Shown here: piece by piece, positions 19,053 to 25,831 of the stretch | Layout of the letters: the number at the start of each line of letters is the position of its first letter | Position numbering within the stretch: the stretch's first letter is position 1 | Assembly: GCF_900105015.1 (NCBI RefSeq) | Contig: NZ_FNLK01000005.1 | Coordinates: forward strand, 210,001-242,000 | DNA length: 32,000 nt | Direction of reading: 5' to 3' | From: Schaalia meyeri | GTDB lineage: Bacteria; Actinomycetota; Actinomycetes; Actinomycetales; Actinomycetaceae | The notes under the pieces: model-generated | What the model was told of the DNA's origin: nothing | Database searches by the model: none | The model's input: the letters and a program-made list of their open reading frames with translations, nothing else | Translations under genes and position numbers: made by a program

Positions 19053-19821
19053 CGTGTCTGCTGCCGTTGCACGCGTGCGTCGATCCGATTCCGCTGCGGA
19101 ATCGATCTCGTGGCCACACGATGTCGATCACGCGCCCGAGCTGTCGATTGGTCGGGTCGTCGACGCCCTGAAAGAAGAGTTCCCCGCGATCTCACTGTCC
19201 AAGGTGCGCTACCTGGAGAGCGAGGGGCTCGTGTCTCCCGCACGCACGGGTGCCGGATATCGGAAGTACTCCGCCGCGGATATCGAACGTCTGCGTTATG
19301 TGTTGACCGAGCAGCGGGACTCGTTCACTCCGCTGAGTGTGATTCGCGCTCAGCTTGATGCGCTCGATGCTGGCCATTCGCCCGCGAGGCGCCGCGTTGC
19401 GCAGATGGTGTCCTCGGAGGGGCAAACTGTGTCCCTTGGCGGACGGCGGGCCATTCCGGCAGGTGATCTTTCGGATCTGACCGGTGTGGACATGGATGCT
19501 CTGGAGCGCTACACCCGCCTCGGACTGATCACGCCTGACCTGGCCGGCTATTTCCCCTCGCGGTGTGTTCAGGCCGTATCGACGATCGCACGCCTGGAAT
19601 GCGCGGGAGTTGACGTGCGCGTTCTGCGCGCGGTGCGTCAGGGCGCGGAGCGCAGTGCGGATATCATCGATCAGGCGGTGTCCTCGCAGCGAGGACGAGG
19701 CCGGGGAGCGGATCGGGAGCGGGCGCGCGCGCGCGCGATCGAGCTTGGTGATCTGTTCGCTGAGCTGCACCGGGACATGTTGACTGTTGCCGTGTCGGCG
19801 CTGGCCGACGAAGACGACTAA
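19045..19821 (+). CDS. MerR-family transcriptional regulator (position equivalent to corynebacterial FtsR / Mtb Rv1828)
   Basis: HTH segment LSIGRVVDALKEEFPAISLSKVRYLESEGLVSPARTGAGYRKYSAADIERLRYVL. Directly downstream of the garA homologue and overlapping it by 8 nt. Confidence 0.8.
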   Translation: MPSVSAAVARVRRSDSAAESISWPHDVDHAPELSIGRVVDALKEEFPAISLSKVRYLESEGLVSPARTGAGYRKYSAADIERLRYVLTEQRDSFTPLSVIRAQLDALDAGHSPARRRVAQMVSSEGQTVSLGGRRAIPAGDLSDLTGVDMDALERYTRLGLITPDLAGYFPSRCVQAVSTIARLECAGVDVRVLRAVRQGAERSADIIDQAVSSQRGRGRGADRERARARAIELGDLFAELHRDMLTVAVSALADEDD

Positions 19822-19863
19822 CTCTCATGTTCAGCATGAAGGTTAGACTCGCCGGGACGATCG

Positions 19864-19892
19864 TTGACCGCCGTGCGTCGGTGCTCTACCGT
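19864..19892 (+). promoter_or_regulatory. Candidate sigma-A-type promoter for the second merR gene
   Basis: TTGACC - 17 nt - TACCGT (TANNNT). It lies about 40 nt upstream of GTG 19934, which is preceded by AAGGAG. Confidence 0.35.
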
Positions 19893-19933
19893 AGTCCTGT
19901 TCTCACCAAGTACCACCCACAAGGAGCCCCACA

Positions 19934-20488
19934 GTGAGTGCAGAAGCGAACGCCGCCGCACCGAGGCAAGGCATGCTTTTTGGCGATCCGCTCGAGGGAC
20001 TCGATACGGATGAAATGGGTTATCGCGGCCCTGTTGCGTGCAGCGCTGCCGGCATCACGTACCGCCAGCTGGACTACTGGGCCAGAACGGGTTTGCTGCA
20101 GCCTTCTATCCGCGCCGCCCGCGGGTCGGGCTCCCAGCGTCTCTACTCTTTCCGCGACATCCTCGTCCTGAAGGTAGTCAAGAAGCTGCTCGACGCGGGT
20201 GTGTCGCTGCAGCAGGTGAGGGTAGCTGTCGCGTCTCTCCAGCACCAGGGAGTGGACGATCTCGCTGCCATCACGCTCATGAGCGATGGCGCTTCCGTCT
20301 ACGAATGCACGTCGACGGATGAAGTTATCGACCTTCTACAGGGCGGACAGGGGGTTTTCGGCATCGCGGTCGGCCGCGTTTGGCGTGAAGTCGAAGGCTC
20401 TCTTGCCGAGCTTCCACTCGAACGCCCCGGGCGGGTGTTCGTTGATGAGCTGGCGGAGCGACGTCGTTCCAAGCGCTCAGCGTCCTAA
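19934..20488 (+). CDS. MerR-family transcriptional regulator (Rv1830-like)
   Basis: CSAAGITYRQLDYWARTGLLQPSIRAARGSGSQRLYSFRDILVLKVVKKLLDAGVSLQQVR. AAGGAG RBS 7 nt upstream of the GTG. Confidence 0.8.
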   Translation: MSAEANAAAPRQGMLFGDPLEGLDTDEMGYRGPVACSAAGITYRQLDYWARTGLLQPSIRAARGSGSQRLYSFRDILVLKVVKKLLDAGVSLQQVRVAVASLQHQGVDDLAAITLMSDGASVYECTSTDEVIDLLQGGQGVFGIAVGRVWREVEGSLAELPLERPGRVFVDELAERRRSKRSAS

Positions 20489-20498
20489 TGTGAGCCGT

Positions 20499-20544
20499 AT
20501 GGGTGTGGGGACCGGATCGAATTCGATCCGGTCCCCACACCCAT
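20499..20544. terminator. Perfect 46-bp palindrome (23-bp arms) between convergent genes; probable bidirectional terminator
   Basis: ATGGGTGTGGGGACCGGATCGAA|TTCGATCCGGTCCCCACACCCAT with no mismatch and a GAATTC centre. It begins 11 nt after the merR stop and ends 27 nt before the Hsp70 gene stop. No U-tracts. Confidence 0.6.
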
Positions 20545-20570
20545 TGACAGGGGGCTGCGCGGCCTTGGAA

Positions 20571-22085
20571 CTATTGGCGCCCGAGGGGCCGCCTGATCGT
20601 GAATGCGGCCTCCAGGTCGGTGATTTCCACACTCACCATCCCGTTCGCATCAACGATGTAGGCCTCTTCGATGAGGGGGCCATCCTCCGTGCGAACCACG
20701 GGAATCGATGCGATGTCAATGTCGCTGCGGTGCAGGTTGGGGTCGAAGGGGAAGATGACTTCCCCGTACGGCTGCAGATCCCCGCGTGGCACCCCGGCCT
20801 CGTCGAAGGATGAGTACTCAACGAAGCGGAAGTGTCCAATGTTGTGAGCTGCACGATATCGGCGCTTGATCGTCAGGGCCTGACCGGGAGCCAGTTCCGT
20901 GTTGGGCTCAAGGAGTGTGTCGAACGAAATGAGGTTACCGGCCTCACGCTCACGGAAGACTCCGAGGCCTCGAGAAAGCTGCTCGCGCACCGTGTACGCC
21001 GCTTCGGGATCGGCTCCGATGGCCAGTCCGATCGCGGTAGACGCAGCCGTGTGGGGCGAACGATGAACCCGGCGTCCGAAACGGGAACGCAAGACCCTGG
21101 CAACGAGAGGCAGCTGAGAACCGCCACCTACCACGTAGAGCCCCGCGATATCGCCGCCAAGCTTGCTCGTGCCCGACGCGTCGGGCACGAGGAGGGGTTC
21201 CATCGCTTTCACCGTTGCCTCGACCAGGGGAGTGCAGGCGTCATAGAAGCTGGCGACCGTGATTGTGACGGGCTCTCCATTAACGGGTACCGTGATGAAC
21301 TTCGTGGAAGGGGAGAGCGTTTCCTTTGCGGTGCGGGCATCTTCCAGCAGCCGCTGCCACGCGGCGTCCCCCAGCTTTCCCGAATCGGTTTTGGCGGCTG
21401 CGGCCAGGCAGTTGGCGAGCACCGTGTCAAAGTCATCCCCGCCGATCATGTTCAGACCGCGCGAACCCATGACCTCGTGCAGCGTTCCGGTTGCCGAGAC
21501 GATGGAGGCATCGAATGTGCCGCCGCCGAGGTCGTAGACGAGGATTGCGGTTCGCTTTGAATTGAGCGTGCCGGCGTGGCGGTGCGTGTACTCGAAGCCG
21601 GCCGCTGACGGTTCGTTAACCATGGCGAGCACGTCCCAGCCCGCACGCCGGAAGGCCTCGAGAGTGAGGAAACGCTGGGCAGACCACGCGTGGGCGGGAA
21701 CGCCGACCAGCGCCTCCAGGGGCTCGGATGCGGGCAATAGGGAGACGGAGGAGTTGGTGCGCAGCTGATGGGCCACGTAGCTAAGGAAGCCCGTCAGCGC
21801 GTCCAGGATGGAGATGCTGTGATTTCCCAGCCGAAACGTCGAGGCGTCAGTGACGGACGCATCCGACAGCAGTCGCTTGAAGGAGCGAAGGTGGAGGGCT
21901 CCGTCGCGCGCGGCGTCTTCGGCGTCGAAGCCGTACACCAGTCGGTCGCCATCAAGGGCGAGTACAGACGGAATGAAATCGATGGTATCGTCCTGATTGT
22001 TAATAAAAGAGACGATCGGATAGTTCCCCCGATCGACGATAGCGATCGCTGTGGTCGTGGTGCCAAAATCAACTCCGAGTCTCAT
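20571..22085 (-). CDS. Non-canonical Hsp70-family ATPase (YegD/HscC-like, short substrate-binding region, no lid)
   Basis: Motifs MRLGVDFGTTTTAIAIV, AMVNEPSAAGFEY, VYDLGGGTFDASIV and LYVVGGGSQLPLV match the actin/Hsp70 nucleotide-binding domain. Only about 120 residues follow it. No dnaJ or grpE nearby. Start chosen at ATG 22085; the ORF opens at 22106. Confidence 0.85.
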   Translation of the reverse strand: MRLGVDFGTTTTAIAIVDRGNYPIVSFINNQDDTIDFIPSVLALDGDRLVYGFDAEDAARDGALHLRSFKRLLSDASVTDASTFRLGNHSISILDALTGFLSYVAHQLRTNSSVSLLPASEPLEALVGVPAHAWSAQRFLTLEAFRRAGWDVLAMVNEPSAAGFEYTHRHAGTLNSKRTAILVYDLGGGTFDASIVSATGTLHEVMGSRGLNMIGGDDFDTVLANCLAAAAKTDSGKLGDAAWQRLLEDARTAKETLSPSTKFITVPVNGEPVTITVASFYDACTPLVEATVKAMEPLLVPDASGTSKLGGDIAGLYVVGGGSQLPLVARVLRSRFGRRVHRSPHTAASTAIGLAIGADPEAAYTVREQLSRGLGVFREREAGNLISFDTLLEPNTELAPGQALTIKRRYRAAHNIGHFRFVEYSSFDEAGVPRGDLQPYGEVIFPFDPNLHRSDIDIASIPVVRTEDGPLIEEAYIVDANGMVSVEITDLEAAFTIRRPLGRQ

Positions 22086-22118
22086 GGAACCCACCCTAGC
22101 GCGCATTCGCGGCGGGGC

Positions 22119-22865
22119 CTAGGACCGTCTTACGGGACGTTCCCACTTTCCGCGATCACATGCCCTGTGGGCGAGGGTGACAAAAAGCCAAGCGAACAGG
22201 AAGTACGCAAATCCTGCGATGGCATCCACAATGTAATGGTTGCCCGTTGCGACGATTGTCACGATTGTCAGTGTCGGGTGCGCGGCGAGCAGGAGCCTGG
22301 CCCACCACGAACGCCACACGTAGGTGCCGAGCATGAACGCGACCCACATCGACCAGCCTGTGTGCATGGAGGGCATCGCGCCGTATGGGTTGGCGAGCGT
22401 GCCGAACAGCTGGGAGTAGGAGGACGTGTGTTGGGCGACGGCGTCGACGATTCCAAATTCGTTGACGAGGCGCGGAGGAGCCAGGGGATAGGTCCAATAC
22501 GTTACCAGCGCGCCGATCGTCATGACCACGAGCGTCCAACGAGCCCGTGAGTAGAGGGTGGGCGCCTTGATCCACAGGGCCAGCATCGCCAGCCCCGTGG
22601 CGAGAAAGAACGAGACCGCGTACTGCATCGAAGCCAGCGAAGCAACGGTGGGATGCGCTGCCAGCCAGGCGTTGGCGTCCGCCTCAACGAACAGGCCAAC
22701 GTATTCCTCGAGGCGGGCGATCGTGTGGGCGTGTGCGACCGCGACCTCCTTGGTGGCGGGTGCAAGAAACGACAAAACCGAGTAGGCCATGCATGCGAAG
22801 GTGAGTCCGACGACTTCGCGAATGGCGTGTGGCCTGCGTGAGGATAGGGGCTTGTCCGACGTCAT
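22119..22865 (-). CDS. PAP2-superfamily integral membrane enzyme (PAP2_3 / Aur1-sphingomyelin-synthase-like subgroup)
   Basis: About 6 TM helices. Motifs PSMHTGWS and TGNHYIVDAIAG (HxxxD) correspond to PAP2 motifs C2 and C3 in the lipid phosphotransferase-like variant. Confidence 0.75.
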   Translation of the reverse strand: MTSDKPLSSRRPHAIREVVGLTFACMAYSVLSFLAPATKEVAVAHAHTIARLEEYVGLFVEADANAWLAAHPTVASLASMQYAVSFFLATGLAMLALWIKAPTLYSRARWTLVVMTIGALVTYWTYPLAPPRLVNEFGIVDAVAQHTSSYSQLFGTLANPYGAMPSMHTGWSMWVAFMLGTYVWRSWWARLLLAAHPTLTIVTIVATGNHYIVDAIAGFAYFLFAWLFVTLAHRACDRGKWERPVRRS

Positions 22866-22911
22866 GGGTGTAACTGTAGCCGTGTGGGTGAAGGGAGCGT
22901 TAACGGAAAAA

Positions 22912-22939
22912 ATCGGACATAATGTACATTATCGGATCG
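22912..22939 (-). other. dif: Candidate dif site (XerC/XerD chromosome dimer resolution site)
   Basis: The minus strand reads CGATCCGATAA-TGTACA-TTATGTCCGAT. Against E. coli dif (GGTGCGCATAA-TGTATA-TTATGTTAAAT) it matches 6/11, 5/6 and 8/11 positions, including the invariant ATAA...TTATGT. The core ATAATGTACATTAT is a perfect 14-bp palindrome. The site is AT-rich in a GC-rich intergenic spacer. Gene orientation to its right is almost entirely minus-strand. Confidence 0.55.
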
Positions 22940-22990
22940 TGGGGTGGGAGTTGGACGAGGCGGTGGCGGGGTTCCGCTTGACGTGTCGGA

Positions 22991-22996
22991 TAGAAT
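22991..22996 (+). promoter_or_regulatory. Candidate -10 element (TAGAAT) for rbpA
   Basis: TAGAAT lies 34 nt upstream of ATG 23031, which is preceded by GGAGG. No convincing -35 at 17-18 nt. Confidence 0.3.
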
Positions 22997-23030
22997 GAAT
23001 CCGTTTCTTCACTACGTCCAGGAGGCAGTT

Positions 23031-23396
23031 ATGGCTGACCGCGCATTGCGTGGCATGCAGATCGGCGCCAAGTCCCTCGAGTCCGAGGACGGCGTCGTCT
23101 TCGCAGATCGTTTCGTCGTCCGTTACCTGTGCCCGAACGGACACGAGTTCGAGGTAACGCTCTCCAGCGAGGCGACCGCGCCCGCAAACTGGGAATGCAA
23201 GTGCGGCCAGTCCGCCGAGCTTATCGGCGAAACTGAGGAAGACGAGGAATGCAAGCCCGTGAAGCCGCAGCGCACCCACTGGGACATGCTGCTTGAGCGC
23301 CGCTCGATCGAGGAGCTTGAGGTCGTTTTGAGCGAGCAGCTGACCGTGTATCGCGAGGGGCGACTGCGCCCCGAAGGCCACTACCGCAAGGGCTAA
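23031..23396 (+). CDS. rbpA: RNA polymerase-binding protein RbpA
   Basis: MADRALRGMQIGAKSLESEDGVVFADR...YLCPNGHEFEVTLSSEATAPANWECKCG...PQRTHWDMLLERRSIEELE is the actinobacteria-specific RbpA core and sigma-interaction domain. Confidence 0.92.
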   Translation: MADRALRGMQIGAKSLESEDGVVFADRFVVRYLCPNGHEFEVTLSSEATAPANWECKCGQSAELIGETEEDEECKPVKPQRTHWDMLLERRSIEELEVVLSEQLTVYREGRLRPEGHYRKG

Positions 23397-24178
23397 CACG
23401 AACGGAACGGCGCGCGTGCGGCCTGGGCTAGACGGCTCAGGCCGCCCTTTGTCACCATTGCCAGTTCCTCGACAAAAATCGATGAATCGAGCTTCGATTC
23501 GCCGGCGATGCGTTCGTCGAAAGTGATAGGCACCTCGCGAATTACCGCGCCCAAGGACCGTTCGAGCTCGGTCATCTCGACCTGGAAACCGAATCCCGTA
23601 GTCGAGACGCGCCCCAGGACGCCGTGTGCGACCAGGAAGGAAGCACGATGAACGCGCAGGCCCGCAGTCGCGTCACGAACGGGCGTTCCGAGGCAAAATC
23701 GGACATAATAATTGCCCGCCTTCGAGAGAGCGACGCGTTTAGCCGACCAGCCATTGACCCTCCCGCCGCGTACCCACCGGGAACCAATCACCAAGTCAGG
23801 ATGATCGGGGCCGGACATTCGTGTCAACAATTTGGGCAAGTCGACCGGACGATGCGAACCGTCCGCATCCATCTGCAGCAGGAACGGGTAGGCGTGCTCC
23901 ATGCCCCACCCCATGCCGTCGACGTAGGCGGTTGCCAGGCCTGATTTCGCCGGACGGTGGAGAACGTGAAGTCGAGCCTCCCCCGCGCATCGTTCGTCAA
24001 CCCACTCCCCCGTGCCATCCGGGGACGAGTCATCGACGATGAGTACGTGAGCGTTCGGGACCTGCATCCACACTTCCTTCAGAACGGCTGGTAGCGTCGA
24101 CATTTCGTTATAAGTGGGGATCACGATCAGCGTGTGATCGCCAATTGGCGAGGGAGCGGGATGCGCGGAATCAGTCAT
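23393..24178 (-). CDS. ppm1: Polyprenol-phosphate mannose synthase (GT2), separate catalytic polypeptide
   Basis: LIVIPTYNEMSTLPAVLKEV...VLIVDDSSPDGTGEWV...LQMDADGSHRP. Lies immediately downstream of lnt, as in species where Lnt and Ppm1 are not fused. Start ambiguous (24178, 24187 or 24214). Confidence 0.85.
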   Translation of the reverse strand: MTDSAHPAPSPIGDHTLIVIPTYNEMSTLPAVLKEVWMQVPNAHVLIVDDSSPDGTGEWVDERCAGEARLHVLHRPAKSGLATAYVDGMGWGMEHAYPFLLQMDADGSHRPVDLPKLLTRMSGPDHPDLVIGSRWVRGGRVNGWSAKRVALSKAGNYYVRFCLGTPVRDATAGLRVHRASFLVAHGVLGRVSTTGFGFQVEMTELERSLGAVIREVPITFDERIAGESKLDSSIFVEELAMVTKGGLSRLAQAARAPFRSC

Positions 24179-24204
24179 GAGCCACATTTTGCATGTTTTG
24201 AGGA

Positions 24205-25815
24205 TCACTCGCACGCGCTGTTCGGGAAAGCCGATACCCGCCCGCGCGCGAGTCCTGCCAGGGATACCGCGACAAGCAGCACAGTGAGCGCCATCAAGGC
24301 GATCGGAATATGCTCGCCAGCGCGAGCTGTGACAGTCAATGACGAGCGCAGCGGTATGTCTGCCACCACAGTGGCAACCTGTTGAGTAGCCGTCGAAGCG
24401 AGCACCGAACCGTCGGGGCGAATCACGTACGAGTGTCCGGTCGTTGACGCCTGGATGGCGCTGCGCGAATACTCCATTGCGCGCATGCGCAGCAGCTGCC
24501 CCTGCTGAGCGGACTCTCCCGATGAGCGGAAATGGTAGTTGTTCGACGGGGTGACGATGGCCTGTCCGCCCAGGCCAACACCCGCTGCGATGACCGTTGG
24601 ATACCCTGCTTCAAAACAGATTCCGACAGCGAGCGGAACTGTACGACCATCGCGCGCGACCACGTCCATGCGGGGAGGCTCCTCCCCCGCTTCCATGTCC
24701 CTGCTGGACTGAGCCACTTCCGTGGCAAAGGAGGAAATGTAGCCCCGGAACGGGATGAATTCACCAAAGGGCACGGGCACGTGCTTGGAATAACGCAATG
24801 CCTCGTCCATGCCGGTGCCGACCTCCCACAGGGCAAGCCAGTTTTTCACGCGATTGCGCTCATTGATATTCGTGTAGCCCATGAGGATCGGCGCATCGAC
24901 GGCACGAGACGCAGTTTCGATGCTCTTTGCCACATCGGGAAAGGCTGCCGGGTCGCGGTCGACGGATCCTTCGCCCCAGATTGCCAGATCGATAGGATTG
25001 CCTGTCGTTGCTGGGTCCTTCGCCAGCTGCAGCGTTGCGCGCATGTTGTTGCCCGTGACCTCCCCCCGTCGTTTATAGGCCTGCGCTCCCGGCAGCGCGA
25101 TATCACCCTGCACGATCCCCACGCGGAGCAGGCCTTCTTCTGCCCGATTCGACAGCGGGATTGCCGCTGGAGCCACGTAACAAACGGCCAGGACTACGGC
25201 CAGGAAGGGACGCGAGAACCAGCGCTCGGCGTGACTGGAGGCGTCGCGGCGAGCAAACATGCGGCGGAGAAGTACCGCGCAGAACACCACGACAGTGGTA
25301 ATCACCGACGTTCCTCCGTAGGGGGCCAGGTGGCCAAGCGGCGAATCAACCTGAGGGAGGGCAACCGACCCCCATGGGAAACCCGACCATGGCCAGCGCA
25401 AGCGCACCGCATCAACACCCGCCCAGGAGACGGCGTACACGAGCGCCTGCACGAGTGGCCCGCGAGCCCAGGGCCACAGTTGCGTCCACCGCACGAAGAC
25501 CACCCATAGGAGCAGAAAAAGGGTCTGGACAAAGGCCAGCACAAACCACGCCGGCCGCGATCCCACGGCGAGAAAAACCCAATCAATAAGGGGAAGCCAC
25601 ATGCTCATCCCGAATATGAAGGTAACCGTCAGGGCGTGAAGAGAACGGGCCTCGTCGATGCGGGAGATATAGAGTGTCAGCGCGGGCACCGACAGCCACC
25701 ACCAGCCCAGCGGGGGAAACGACGCGTACAGTGCCAGGCCAGCGACGGCCGCAACCAATGTATCCCCGCACACATGAGCGAGGGACGCGCGTTTCAAAAT
25801 TTCTCGATGCCCCAC
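24205..25815 (-). CDS. lnt: Apolipoprotein N-acyltransferase
   Basis: Multi-TM N-terminal half plus a CN-hydrolase domain (VGIVQGDI..., WGEGS, VGICFEAGYP). GTG 25815 has GGAGG 5 nt upstream and avoids overlap with helY. The ORF opens at 25899. Confidence 0.88.
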   Translation of the reverse strand: MGHREILKRASLAHVCGDTLVAAVAGLALYASFPPLGWWWLSVPALTLYISRIDEARSLHALTVTFIFGMSMWLPLIDWVFLAVGSRPAWFVLAFVQTLFLLLWVVFVRWTQLWPWARGPLVQALVYAVSWAGVDAVRLRWPWSGFPWGSVALPQVDSPLGHLAPYGGTSVITTVVVFCAVLLRRMFARRDASSHAERWFSRPFLAVVLAVCYVAPAAIPLSNRAEEGLLRVGIVQGDIALPGAQAYKRRGEVTGNNMRATLQLAKDPATTGNPIDLAIWGEGSVDRDPAAFPDVAKSIETASRAVDAPILMGYTNINERNRVKNWLALWEVGTGMDEALRYSKHVPVPFGEFIPFRGYISSFATEVAQSSRDMEAGEEPPRMDVVARDGRTVPLAVGICFEAGYPTVIAAGVGLGGQAIVTPSNNYHFRSSGESAQQGQLLRMRAMEYSRSAIQASTTGHSYVIRPDGSVLASTATQQVATVVADIPLRSSLTVTARAGEHIPIALMALTVLLVAVSLAGLARGRVSAFPNSACE

Positions 25816-25831
25816 TGAAACCTCCAGGCTC

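Noticed and set aside
22978-22996. TTGACG-TGTCGGA-TAGAAT upstream of rbpA resembles the mycobacterial PafBC/RecA-NDp promoter (TGTCGGTG-N8-TANNNT), and pafBC is in this window.
   Set aside because: The spacing between the TGTCGG element and TAGAAT is 0 nt rather than about 8 nt, and TTGACG is only 7 nt from the -10. The resemblance is therefore superficial. Only the -10 is kept, as a low-confidence feature.
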